The notes beneath the pieces are model-generated. The model was not told where the DNA came from. It worked only from the letters and a program-made list of their open reading frames with translations, and did no database searches. The position numbers and the translations under genes are program-made. Shown here piece by piece: positions 1 to 9,506 of a stretch of DNA of 64,000 nucleotides; position 1 is the first letter of the stretch; each line of letters starts with the position of its first letter. Origin of the DNA: Anaerohalosphaeraceae bacterium (GTDB lineage: Bacteria > Planctomycetota > Phycisphaerae > Sedimentisphaerales > Anaerohalosphaeraceae). The DNA lies in the NCBI GenBank assembly GCA_963675525.2, contig CAXXSL010000016.1:160001-224000 (forward strand), in the 5' to 3' direction.

Positions 1-809
1 TTCCGGAAACCAGCACCCTGCGATGGGTGCCTGTTTGGATGTGAATCGCCCGGTTGAACGAACTGCGGTAATCTAACGCGGCACACTGTAAAGGGGAGTC
101 CACTTTTTGGATATGTCAACATTCCCGCTTTTTGGGTTCACGGCAAATGCTTCGAATGTCAGTTTGGCCCCGGCGGGATTGGCGACCCCTACGCCGGTGC
201 TGGCCGGAACGGTCTTGTTGAAGATGTCGTGCCGGGTGAAGAAATCGTCTCTGGCGAGATTCAGCTTGTCGTACCATGATAAGATGTCATGCGTAAACAG
301 CCAGGTTCTTGCGACGTTTTCGAAATCGAGGCCGGAATCGAGACAGGATGTTGCGGGATTTATTGAATGCCGCCGCGGCCTGCTGAGAATTATCGGCGGA
401 CAGGTCGTCGGGGGCAAAACTCAATTGAAAATATTCAGCGTCTTCATCGACAAACCGGCATCCGACGATGGCCCCCTGCCGTTTAACGCTTTCAACAGCG
501 GCGCCTGAAAACGCCTGTACCTGCAGGCTGAATACCTGGCTTTGGTTTTGAGATATCCATGTGACCGGACAGAGAAGCCCGGAAAAGGCTTTCGCGTGAC
601 TTTGTAAAATCTGTTTTCGAATTACATCTGAAGCAAAAACGCGAAAGGCCACAGGCAGCGCGCTATTTGTTGAGAGAAAGTCGAAAAGACTCGTCAAGAA
701 TTTCCGTCTCATCGGCGTGAGTGTCTTTTTGAGCATGGAGGAAAAACTCCGTCAAACCGCCTCGGGGGATGCGTACCGTCTCAATTGTATTTGTTACTAT
801 TTTTTCCAT
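1..809 (-). pseudogene. RidA/YjgF-fold (endoribonuclease L-PSP / FkbO-Hyg5 chorismatase-like) protein, split by three frameshifts and running off the window edge
   Basis: Four consecutive frame segments join into one plausible protein: MEKIVTN..ILDE | LFDFLSTN..FNKSRNIL | SGLDFENVARTWLFTHDILSWYDKLNLARDDFF..VPASTGVG | VDSPLQCAALDYRSSFNRA..VLVSG. Shifts lie near 689, 335 and 105. May be assembly error. Confidence 0.65.
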
Positions 810-968
810 TCTGTATTTGGATCCTGTTGTGCTATCCCGTTTAATTACCCTCGCTGCCTTATACATCCGGCCGGTTCCCGTATCGTCTCGACATCCCAAG
901 AACGTTGTTTAAGTGGGAATTATTCGCCGATTAGTTACAAAAATATTAAAATAAACGAAAAAAGCAGA

Positions 969-990
969 ATTCGCTGCGCGGCGTCTTCGG
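969..990. repeat. 22-bp direct repeat copy 1 (ATTCGCTGCGCGGCGTCTTCGG)
   Basis: 21/22 identical to 2795-2816. Confidence 0.75.
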
Positions 991-1059
991 AAAAATAATC
1001 CTGGGTTTTCGCTTGATACGACATTCAATCCGTTTAAGTAGGTGTACGCAGATATTTAT

Positions 1060-2730
1060 TTACTGCATCGTAATCCTGAACACAATGGCTTCATCGCAGG
1101 GCTTGTTTTGTACAGGCTTGATGGTCAGCGACGCTTCTGACTGAATCCACCGAATCGTTTCATCGCTTCCCAGCAAACGAACCCCCGCAATCGGTTTATC
1201 TAAAAGCCCGGCGGCGGTACCGAGCGATTTGATCTGTAAGTCCTTGGCCGGCTGACCAAGCACAATCGCATAAAGAATGTCGCCCTTTGTGGTAAAACGC
1301 ACATCTTCGGCGGTCATAGGCTTGCCTTTGCCTTCATTGAATCCCTGTGCCGAGATCGGGGCACCTTCCGTAGCCGGACCTTCACCGAAGACTTTCCATG
1401 GCCGGGTACCAAAGATACATTCCCTGTTGATATCCATCCAGGCCGCAATGCCTTCCAGTATCTTTTCCTCTTTCTCGTCAATACTGCCGTCTCCCCGCAC
1501 CGGAATGTTCAACAGCAGATTGCCGTTCTTGCTGACAATATCAGCCAGCATGTGGATAACCGTTTTTGCGCTCTTGTAGCGGTTTCCTTCATAATCGGAT
1601 CGGTTGTAATGCCAGCCGCCGATACAGGTATCCGTCTGCCACGGAAGTTCCGCAATCTTGTTGAGTGCGCCGCGTTCAACGTCCCAAACAAGACATTGCT
1701 GCTGTTGCGGGGTCAGGATTTTGCCAAAGAGGACCGCTTCGTTCCTGCCATTGTGCTGTTTCATGTTGCTGTTGTAGTAGTGGGCGGCGATTTTCAGCCC
1801 GGCGTCACTGACCGGCCACAGCGGAAGTCCCGTGTCGTCAAAATACAGTAGGTCCGGCTGGTATTTGTTAATAAGATCAACCGTGCGATTATAAAATTTT
1901 TCGCAGTAAGCAGCATCGGGAATGCTTGCCCCGTTATCCCAGTGCCACTGAGAATGAATCGCACCCGGATTGGCGCTGTCTCGGCTGAGCTCGTGATTCT
2001 GGGCATAAAGGTCCTGCGGGTCGAGTCCTTCCCACCACTGTCCTTTGCCGTCGGCCTTAGTGAGCTTGCCATCGTATGATATGCCTGCGAACTCGCCGTT
2101 GGCATCAGCGCCCTGTGAGGATTCATACCATCTCCAGGCATGTGCGGCGTGAACGCTTACACCAAAACGCAGGCCGTGTTTTTTGGCCGCTTCGGCCCAT
2201 CCGGCAATGATGTTTTTCTTCGGGCCGACGGCGACAGAGTTCCACGGCTGATATTGGCTGTCCCACATGTCGAGATTGTCATGGTGATTGGCCATGGCAA
2301 AGAAGTATTGCGCACCGACACGTTTATAAAGCCCTACGAGTTTTTCCGGGTCCCATTTTTCCGCCTTCCATTCATGAATCACGTCTTTAAAACCGAATTC
2401 CGACGGATGGCCGTAATGGGCAACATGGAATTTATTTTGATCCCAGCCTTCAATATACATGTGGCGTGCATACCAGTCACCTTGCTGGGGCTGGCATTGC
2501 GGCCCCCAATGTGCCCAGATACCGAATTTAGCATCTCGAAACCATTCCGGACATTCGTATTGCTCCAACGACTTCCACGTCGGTTTAAATGGGCCCTTCT
2601 GCATGGGCTCAGCTTTATCACTGACTCTGGATACAACCGTCGGCATCTCTTCCAACTCGGTTGTACACCCCTGAAACGCAAGCGCAGCGACAATTAAAAT
2701 AAAAAATGGAAAAATTCTTTTGATAGGCAT
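1060..2730 (-). CDS. Alpha-L-fucosidase (GH29), probable lipoprotein
   Basis: WFRDAKFGIWAHWG, HHD, LYFD nucleophile region, DIVSKNGNLLLNI; lipobox FQGC. Confidence 0.93.
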   Translation of the reverse strand: MPIKRIFPFFILIVAALAFQGCTTELEEMPTVVSRVSDKAEPMQKGPFKPTWKSLEQYECPEWFRDAKFGIWAHWGPQCQPQQGDWYARHMYIEGWDQNKFHVAHYGHPSEFGFKDVIHEWKAEKWDPEKLVGLYKRVGAQYFFAMANHHDNLDMWDSQYQPWNSVAVGPKKNIIAGWAEAAKKHGLRFGVSVHAAHAWRWYESSQGADANGEFAGISYDGKLTKADGKGQWWEGLDPQDLYAQNHELSRDSANPGAIHSQWHWDNGASIPDAAYCEKFYNRTVDLINKYQPDLLYFDDTGLPLWPVSDAGLKIAAHYYNSNMKQHNGRNEAVLFGKILTPQQQQCLVWDVERGALNKIAELPWQTDTCIGGWHYNRSDYEGNRYKSAKTVIHMLADIVSKNGNLLLNIPVRGDGSIDEKEEKILEGIAAWMDINRECIFGTRPWKVFGEGPATEGAPISAQGFNEGKGKPMTAEDVRFTTKGDILYAIVLGQPAKDLQIKSLGTAAGLLDKPIAGVRLLGSDETIRWIQSEASLTIKPVQNKPCDEAIVFRITMQ

Positions 2731-2790
2731 TTTATTTCCCCCTTCAACTCTAAGGTAAAAATATTTTCAGGGTACAGAAAAATACGAAGA

Positions 2791-2865
2791 GGGGATTCGC
2801 TGCGCGGCGCCTTCGGCGTCGACCCCCCGTGAAAGCTGCCTGGCATCTTTGGGGTTCGAATCCCC
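2791..2865. repeat. tRNA-T-arm-derived palindromic element downstream of tRNA-Ser
   Basis: Bounded by inverted repeats GGGGATTCG (2791-2799) and CGAATCCCC (2857-2865); internal GGCGCC-TTC-GGCGTC hairpin; contains repeat copy 2 (2795-2816) and an inverted T-arm GGGGTTCGAATCCCC. Confidence 0.65.
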
Positions 2866-2907
2866 ACACGACTTCACCGGAATCTTATATTTCACAATTT
2901 GCAAAAA

Positions 2908-2995
2908 CGGAGAAGGGGGGATTCGAACCCCCGGTAGGAACAAGTCCTACACAGCCTTTCCAAGGCTGCTCGATAAGCCACTCCGACACCTCTCC
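2908..2995 (-). tRNA. tRNA-Ser(GGA), CCA not encoded
   Basis: Reverse complement GGAGAGGTGTCGGAGTGG..CAGCC-TTGGAAA-GGCTG, long variable arm GTAGGAC..TCCTAC, T-arm GGGGGTTCGAATCCCCC, acceptor end CTTCTCC-G; 88 nt. Confidence 0.96.
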
Positions 2996-3118
2996 ATAAC
3001 TTCTTTGTTTTATAAGACTTAAAAAGAACTGCCGGGCCATAAAGCACCCGGTTGAAGGGGCATTCTATCAAAAACCCCCCTTTGAAGCAATGAGTTTTTT
3101 GGAATGCTGAAACCAATT

Positions 3119-4222
3119 TTAAACACGGCCTGCTGTTGATATTGCCCGATCCATTTGTCGTGACCGCTGGGGCCAGAAATATTGACGGAGATCATCTTCG
3201 GAGGGCAATTGCCGGGATGCATGATCTCCTCGAAGCAGTTCGTGCAATTTTTCTACCAATCCAGCGACCGATCCGTCATACATATAATCGGCCTGCCGCC
3301 CTGCCGCAATGCTTTGGATGATGTTCGGATAGGACAGGCGGTTCGGCAATACGGGATAGCAGCCTGCCGCGACGGCTTCCAGAACACCAATGCCGAAAAA
3401 TTCGTGATTGGCGGTCGAGACGACAATATCCGAATTCGCTAATGCCCTTTCGTATTCGTCCCGGCTGGGTTGATAGCCCCAGCGGTCAATATGCTCGGCA
3501 AAATAATCTTTGGCCCAGTCAAAAACCTCCGGCTGGTCGCGGAACTGCTCACCAATCACATTCAGACGAAAATCAACGCCCTTGGCTTTAAGGATTTTCA
3601 TGGCCTCAAAAAAATCTTCGGGATTTTTGTCGTGCTCCCAACGCGCCGCCCAGAGAATCCGCAGCGGGCCTGCCGATGGTTCATTTTTTGTTTCAACCGG
3701 TACAATCCCCGGCGGATGAATGGATGACTTATCACGGATTTCATCGATAACCTCAACCGGCTGATAGTCCGGCATCCGCTTGAGGAATTGTCCGATCGCC
3801 TCCAGGAACTCGTCGCGGTGAAAATCCGAATTGAACCAGACGGCATCCGCCGCCATTGCCGTCGTAATGTTCGTCATACAGTATTGATAATCCCGCTCAG
3901 ACTCCACCTGTACCGGATAGGTCAGTTGGTTTTCGTGAAAGTAAACGACTTTCGGCAACCGGCGAACAGATTCATCAACCAAGCCGCAGAACTCCGCCAG
4001 GTTCAGCATATCCGAACAAAACAGAACGTCCCATTGCCCGCCCTGACCAACAAGAGCATTAACCTGTTGCGCAAAGGTGATCGCCGCGTGTCGCATACGC
4101 CATTTCCACTTGTTCGGCGGCAGTGTCAACAACGTAAACTCATGTTCACTGTGCTTTTGCCAACCGTCCAGAAACGCCTTATGCGACCCGCCATAGTATG
4201 CTTCGAGTGTCAATGCTTTCAT
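3119..4222 (-). CDS. GTDC1/QTMAN-like GT-B glycosyltransferase (DUF3524 N-terminus)
   Basis: LEAYYGGSHK..LPPNKWKWRMR, YFHENQLTYP, FNSDFH, RWEHDKNPEDF, STANHEFFG, PNRLSY; start placed at MKALTLE. Confidence 0.88.
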   Translation of the reverse strand: MKALTLEAYYGGSHKAFLDGWQKHSEHEFTLLTLPPNKWKWRMRHAAITFAQQVNALVGQGGQWDVLFCSDMLNLAEFCGLVDESVRRLPKVVYFHENQLTYPVQVESERDYQYCMTNITTAMAADAVWFNSDFHRDEFLEAIGQFLKRMPDYQPVEVIDEIRDKSSIHPPGIVPVETKNEPSAGPLRILWAARWEHDKNPEDFFEAMKILKAKGVDFRLNVIGEQFRDQPEVFDWAKDYFAEHIDRWGYQPSRDEYERALANSDIVVSTANHEFFGIGVLEAVAAGCYPVLPNRLSYPNIIQSIAAGRQADYMYDGSVAGLVEKLHELLRGDHASRQLPSEDDLRQYFWPQRSRQMDRAISTAGRV

Positions 4223-4254
4223 AGACCGACAGAATAGCGGAAAACATTCATTAA

Positions 4255-5319
4255 TCAATTGTCTTTTTTGAGGACTATCAGTGTGATCTGATTGCGGCTG
4301 CCGAGGCGCATCGGCGGGCCCCATGTACCGGACCCGGTCGACACAGACAGAAACATGCCATCAATGCGGTGAAGACCTTTAAGGTATTGAAACCGCGTTT
4401 TCACCACCCAGTTAAAGGGCCATATCTGCCCGTTGTGTGTATGACCCGAAAGCATCAGATTGACGCCCGCTTTTGCCGCCGCGTCAAAGCCTTCCGGACG
4501 GTGATACAGAAGAATCGTATATTGTGTCGAATCAAACTGCAAGTTCGACAAAACCTGCTGGACCTGCATGGGATTTTCACTGTCATCAATCCCGATTAAT
4601 TGAATCCCTCTAAATTCGGTCACTTCATTGCGCAGCGGAATGACCGGCGTTTCTTTGAGCATAGTCATCACGTTGTCCAATCCGACGTAGCGTTCGTGAT
4701 TGCCGGTAACCCAATAAGCCGGAGCTTTCAATTGCTTCAGACAGTGAAGTGATTCGGTCGTTAAATCCCCCCCCGGATCCAGCAAGTCGCCCGTAAACAG
4801 CACCACATCCGGATTCAGCGCGTTGGTTTTTTCGATCAGACGCGCCAGATGCCGTTGACTGACCGAACCAAGATGAATATCACTCAACTGGACAATTGTT
4901 AGATCTGCGTCAATTGGCAGTTTCAGACGCCGTATTTCAATCCGCATGGCATTGAGAAATGAATAGACCGTCAGCAGTACGATAACGCTAACAGCAACCC
5001 AACGCGATGTTTGGATGGGAAATCGAAAAATCAAATAGAGCAGGTCATGGCCGACCAGCACTACCAGACACAGCCAGCCGACACCCAGACCGATGGCCGA
5101 AAGACGCAGAAGCCATTGGCATAAGCCGCACGGGAATTTGCGTTCGAGCATTGAGAAGACAATGTAACCGAACGCCAGGACAATCAATAGAAGCCAGAAC
5201 CAGAGATTCTGTTTGAGCTTAAAGAAGGAAAACAGCCGGGCCAGGATGTAATAATACCCCCCCAGGCAAATCCCCGAGAAGATGGAGATGAACAGTATAA
5301 ATCCGAGCCATCGAGACAT
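4255..5319 (-). CDS. Membrane-anchored metallophosphoesterase (YkuE/YaeI-like)
   Basis: N-terminal TM helices; SDIHLG, TGDLLD, GNHE, LSGHTHNGQ, GTWGPPMR. Confidence 0.92.
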   Translation of the reverse strand: MSRWLGFILFISIFSGICLGGYYYILARLFSFFKLKQNLWFWLLLIVLAFGYIVFSMLERKFPCGLCQWLLRLSAIGLGVGWLCLVVLVGHDLLYLIFRFPIQTSRWVAVSVIVLLTVYSFLNAMRIEIRRLKLPIDADLTIVQLSDIHLGSVSQRHLARLIEKTNALNPDVVLFTGDLLDPGGDLTTESLHCLKQLKAPAYWVTGNHERYVGLDNVMTMLKETPVIPLRNEVTEFRGIQLIGIDDSENPMQVQQVLSNLQFDSTQYTILLYHRPEGFDAAAKAGVNLMLSGHTHNGQIWPFNWVVKTRFQYLKGLHRIDGMFLSVSTGSGTWGPPMRLGSRNQITLIVLKKDN

Positions 5320-5351
5320 CTAAGCCAACTTATCTAACGGATTTTACGATT

Positions 5352-5933
5352 TTACACCAGATCGCAGGCATCGGCGGGCATCCAGTGCTGGTCTTTGCCG
5401 TCCCACTTGACGTTGCAGCCGATGGGGTTGGTGACCGGCGTGGTAATCGGTTGGCCCGCCAGCAGTTCGGTCAGAGCGTTATCCAGATCATAGACCGTTG
5501 CCTGGGTGGCATCGCGCGGGGTGTCTACACCCCGGCCGGTATAGACCAGCTTATGGTCCTTGTCGAACACATAAAAGTGCGGCGTGCGAAGCGCTCCGTA
5601 GGCTTTCGCTATCTCCTGCGACGCATCGTGCAGGTACAGCCACGGAAACTTCTGCTGATCCATGCGCTCGACCATGTGCGGGAAAGAATCTTCCGGGTAG
5701 GTGTTCGGGCTGTTGGAATTGATGCCGACGAATTTGACGCCCTGCGGAATGAATTTTTCCGCCGTGGCTCGGGTTGCCTCATCGGAACCGATCACATAGG
5801 GGCAATGATTGCAGGTAAAAAAAATCACTAAAACGGGCGAATCTGCAAAATTCGCCAGCGAATAGACGTTTCCGTCTGTGGCCGGAAGCTTAAAATCCGG
5901 TGCTTTTTGTCCAATTTCCAGTGTAAATGCCAT
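5352..5933 (-). CDS. Thioredoxin-fold AhpC/TSA redoxin
   Basis: [34 protein letters not shown]. Confidence 0.9.
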   Translation of the reverse strand: MAFTLEIGQKAPDFKLPATDGNVYSLANFADSPVLVIFFTCNHCPYVIGSDEATRATAEKFIPQGVKFVGINSNSPNTYPEDSFPHMVERMDQQKFPWLYLHDASQEIAKAYGALRTPHFYVFDKDHKLVYTGRGVDTPRDATQATVYDLDNALTELLAGQPITTPVTNPIGCNVKWDGKDQHWMPADACDLV

Positions 5934-6089
5934 TTTTTCCCCTTTCATAAATGAACTTTCTGTTTTTTATATAGTACCACTGTAGAGACAGTTTGTTCAA
6001 TTCAAAAGAAAAAATATACACAAATTGGGTTGTTTGCGTTATGCTTTAAGCACATGTGTATCTAACGTAAACCCAGACAGGAGACCGAT

Positions 6090-6473
6090 ATGAACTTAAA
6101 CGAGTATTTCGGGAATACAGAGGGCATGGGGATCCTTTCCACGGCCGACAGCCAGGGCAACGTCGATTGTGCGATCTATGCCACGCCGCATGTCATGGAT
6201 GAATCGACGATCGCATTTATCATGCGGCCGCGCAAAAGCTACCGCAATATCCAGAGCAATCCCAAAGCCGCCTATATGTTCGTGGAGAAAGGCCCCGGCT
6301 ATCAGGGCAAACGGCTGTATCTTGAAAAAACGGCCGAAGAGACAAATTCCGAAGAAATCAATCTGCTTCGCCGGTCATCCCATGGTGACCACGGGGATGA
6401 GGCACAGGCGAAACTGGTTTACTTTAAAGTCGTTCATATCCGCCCGCTGGTCGGGGATGCGGAAGAAAAATAA
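6090..6473 (+). CDS. Pyridoxamine 5'-phosphate oxidase-like FMN-binding split-barrel protein
   Basis: LSTADSQGNVD, SYRNIQSNPKA, GYQGKRLYL, IRPLVG; AGGAG RBS. Confidence 0.8.
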   Translation: MNLNEYFGNTEGMGILSTADSQGNVDCAIYATPHVMDESTIAFIMRPRKSYRNIQSNPKAAYMFVEKGPGYQGKRLYLEKTAEETNSEEINLLRRSSHGDHGDEAQAKLVYFKVVHIRPLVGDAEEK

Positions 6474-6493
6474 CTGCCCACGGAGAATAGGAG

Positions 6494-6973
6494 ATGCAGC
6501 TTCGACACTGGGTTAAAATCGTAACAATGATCGCACTGTGCTGCGGCGTGGGTTTTACCGGAGTATTTTTTACGAAAAGCTCTGTCTCGGATTGGTATGC
6601 TACCCTGACCCGACCGCCGCTGAACCCACCGGCATGGGCGTTCGGGGTTGTCTGGCCGATTCTTTATGTTCTGATGGGAACGGCCGCGGGGATCCTGTGG
6701 AACAAACCGATCGGACGAGCGGCCGTCCGCGGGGCACTTTGGCTGTTTCTGTTTCAACTGCTGCTGAACGGACTGTGGACACCGTTATTTTTCGGGCTGC
6801 ATCGAATCGATTGGGCACTCATTGAGATCGGCCTTCTCTGGATCAGCATTCTGGCGACGGTCATTGTTTTCCATGTCCAGTCCAAACCGGCAGGATTATT
6901 GCTGCTGCCTTATCTGGCATGGGTGAGTTTCGCTGTCTATCTCAACGCTGGTTTCTGGTATTTGAATAAGTAA
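6494..6973 (+). CDS. tspO: TspO/MBR tryptophan-rich sensory protein
   Basis: WYATLTRPPLNPPAWAFGVVWPILY, LNGLWTPLFFG, LLLPYLAWVSFA..LN. Confidence 0.93.
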   Translation: MQLRHWVKIVTMIALCCGVGFTGVFFTKSSVSDWYATLTRPPLNPPAWAFGVVWPILYVLMGTAAGILWNKPIGRAAVRGALWLFLFQLLLNGLWTPLFFGLHRIDWALIEIGLLWISILATVIVFHVQSKPAGLLLLPYLAWVSFAVYLNAGFWYLNK

Positions 6974-7006
6974 GTGAATTCTGCCTATAGTAAAGTTCAT
7001 ATGGTC

Positions 7007-7078
7007 CTGTCATCCCGGCCTCTGAGCCGGGATCCAGAGCGTAACCGGCTGGATGCCGGGTCAAGCCCGGCATGACAG
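7007..7078. repeat. REP/RPE-like palindromic element
   Basis: CTGTCATCCCGGCCTCTGAGCCGGGATCCAG..CTGGATGCCGGGTCAAGCCCGGCATGACAG: terminal inverted repeats plus two internal hairpins. Confidence 0.8.
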
Positions 7079-7093
7079 TAAGGAAGGGAAAAA

Positions 7094-7987
7094 ATGAGGA
7101 TTTTAATCAGCGGTTCACACGGCTTTATTGGATCGGCGGTTTTTGAATCTCTTCAAAAAGGGGGACACGAACTGCTGCGGCTGATCCGCCCTACCCAGAT
7201 TGCACGTTCGGATGAGATTTTCTGGGAACCTGTCAGCCAGTTTATTAATCAAAACAAGTTAAAGAACATTGACGCCGTCATCCACCTGGCGGGCGAAAAT
7301 ATCTTTGGCCGCTGGAACGAGAAGAAGAAACAGGCCATCTACGACAGCCGGGTCATCGGGACCGATTTTTTATGCAAAACGCTGGCGGGATTAAACCCAA
7401 AACCCAAGGTGCTTCTGTGCGCCTCGGCCATCGGCTTTTACGGCAATCGCGGCGATGCGGAAATGACCGAATCCGATTCGCCGGGCAGCAGTTTCCTGAG
7501 CCAGGTCTGCCAGGATATGGAAACCACTACCGAATTTGCCGCCAAAGCAGGCATTCGCGTAGTCAACCTGCGATTCGGGATGGTGCTCGGCAAAGAAGGC
7601 GGCGCACTGGCGAAGATGCTGCCGGCATTCAAAATGGGAATGGGTGGTCCGCTGGGGGATGGTCAGCAATGGGTCAGTTGGATCTCAATAGCCGACTGCC
7701 TCGGCGTGATAGACTTTGCCATGGCGAACAAAAAGCTCTCCGGCCCGACCAATGTGACTTCACCCTCCCCGCTGCGCAATAAGGAATTTACCCAAACCAT
7801 CGGAAAAATACTGCACCGCCCCGAACGGGTACCTGTACCGAAAACAATGCTGCATCTGATGTTCGGGGATTTTGCGGAAGAGGCACTATTAAGCAGCACC
7901 AAAGCCCTGCCGGAGAAACTCACGCTGTCCGGCTACAAATTCCAACACCCCGACCTCCAATCAGCCCTCAACAGCATCTTAATGTAA
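7094..7987 (+). CDS. TIGR01777-family NAD-dependent epimerase-like oxidoreductase (YfcH/SDR39U1)
   Basis: ISGSHGFIG, IHLAGENI..RW, SASAIGFYG-like, GGPLGDGQQWVSWI. Confidence 0.92.
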   Translation: MRILISGSHGFIGSAVFESLQKGGHELLRLIRPTQIARSDEIFWEPVSQFINQNKLKNIDAVIHLAGENIFGRWNEKKKQAIYDSRVIGTDFLCKTLAGLNPKPKVLLCASAIGFYGNRGDAEMTESDSPGSSFLSQVCQDMETTTEFAAKAGIRVVNLRFGMVLGKEGGALAKMLPAFKMGMGGPLGDGQQWVSWISIADCLGVIDFAMANKKLSGPTNVTSPSPLRNKEFTQTIGKILHRPERVPVPKTMLHLMFGDFAEEALLSSTKALPEKLTLSGYKFQHPDLQSALNSILM

Positions 7988-8245
7988 CGCCGGCTTCCAG
8001 CCGGCAGTTCAACGTAATCGCACGGCTAAATAAAAGCGCGGCGAGGTAACTCGCCCGATATAACGCTGAGAATTCCGCAAATCCAATCCGGTAACTCACA
8101 TCCTCTCGCTTTTATTTTCGCTCCCCTTGTTTTTGTCATTCCGAACACCCATCATGTCATTCCGAATCCCGATTTATCGGAAGGAATCTATTTTAAAAGC
8201 CTCGCCGACCTGTCCTCCGTAGCTCGAAGAGCGGAGGAGGGAGGC
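7983..8245. repeat. Intergenic cluster of several REP-like palindromes and remnants
   Basis: GTAACGCCGGCTTCCAGCCGGC; GGCGAGGTAACTCGCC; TGTCATTCCGAA twice (8134, 8155); CCTCCGTAGCTCGAAGAGCGGAGG. Confidence 0.6.
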
Positions 8246-8450
8246 GATTCCATGATTTTGCTTTTTATAACCGCTCCTAAATGCCTCCCAAACATCACAA
8301 GTACTTACAAACCAAATAGATACGAGAATCGCCTCTACCTAACAAATCCCTACGTACTAAAAAAATCTAAAATATTTCTCTTTTTTTCATTGACTTGTAC
8401 ATGATTATCGTGTATTTATACATTTATAACATAAACATTTTAATAGGAGC

Positions 8451-8969
8451 ATGAATATGAACAACTTTATTGAACAAAACAAAAAATGGTTGAAATTTTA
8501 CAGTATCGCTTCCGGAACCTTGGGGTGGTTAATGATAATATTTGTTTGTATTTTATTTCTTTCTTTAGTATGGCTAAGCTGGACAATGAGCTGGGGGGTA
8601 TTAGAGGAGCGACGGATATTGTTATTATCCTTTGGCGCGGTCATCGAGAAGATATTCGGCTGGCTGCCGGTGAGTATTATTTTATTAGGAATCGGACAAC
8701 TTTTAAAATATATTTACGACGATGGACATACGATCACAATACCGTGGCTGCTGCGGAATGGAGCAAAACTATTCTATCTATTTGCCGTGTTGGCATTTTT
8801 GCGGCCATTTATTATTTATTCCTACCAACATATGATGCATATGAACTTTGAAGTCAAAGTTATCACATCTATTTGTTTTTTATTCGCCAATGTTCTGATT
8901 TTTATCGGTTTAGGTAATATCTTAAAACGTCTTTTGCCTATCATCGAAGAACATAAATCGCTGGTCTAA
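8451..8969 (+). CDS. DUF2975-like membrane protein, tandem paralog 1
   Basis: About 4 TM helices, C-terminus IIEEHKSLV, upstream of a YozG-type HTH (typical pairing); AGGAG RBS. Confidence 0.7.
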   Translation: MNMNNFIEQNKKWLKFYSIASGTLGWLMIIFVCILFLSLVWLSWTMSWGVLEERRILLLSFGAVIEKIFGWLPVSIILLGIGQLLKYIYDDGHTITIPWLLRNGAKLFYLFAVLAFLRPFIIYSYQHMMHMNFEVKVITSICFLFANVLIFIGLGNILKRLLPIIEEHKSLV

Positions 8970-8980
8970 AGGAGATTATC

Positions 8981-9493
8981 ATGAAAACGTTTATTGAAGA
9001 TTACAAAAAACTTTTACAATTTTACGATGCTGCCCTTCGTTTGTCCGGATGGCTTTTATTAACCCTTGGTGTTTGCAGTTTTGTCATTACACTGATTTTA
9101 GTTCGTAGTCTTGGAACTCAAGCTTTTGCGGTTACGGCCATCAATATGCCACTGAAGCCTTCAGAATTCATACTCTTTGGTCTCCTGGGGCTGGGAATTG
9201 CTCAGCTTATTCGATATCTCCTGACTGATTGCAAACCCGGTTTTATTTTACGTCACGGGTGTAAATTGCTCTATATCTATGCGCTTGTCATTTTTTACTT
9301 CACGCTAATGAGAAATATCTATACGATCGTGTACTTGAAAAATGCAGATACCGAAAATACAGCAAGCCTCTTTGTTGTTACTTCGATTGCTTCGCTTGTT
9401 TTATGTGCTGCAAAAGCATTGATCTTGATTGGGCTGGCTCAATTCTTAAAACGCATCATGCCGGTTATCGAAGAACACAAATCGTTGGTCTAA
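8981..9493 (+). CDS. DUF2975-like membrane protein, tandem paralog 2
   Basis: Same architecture; LGIAQLIRY versus LGIGQLLKY; C-terminus VIEEHKSLV. Confidence 0.7.
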   Translation: MKTFIEDYKKLLQFYDAALRLSGWLLLTLGVCSFVITLILVRSLGTQAFAVTAINMPLKPSEFILFGLLGLGIAQLIRYLLTDCKPGFILRHGCKLLYIYALVIFYFTLMRNIYTIVYLKNADTENTASLFVVTSIASLVLCAAKALILIGLAQFLKRIMPVIEEHKSLV

Positions 9494-9506
9494 AGGAGAT
9501 TGACAG

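Noticed and set aside
2782..2870. Second tRNA gene
   Set aside because: Only T-arm-like pieces; no D arm, anticodon arm or acceptor stem.
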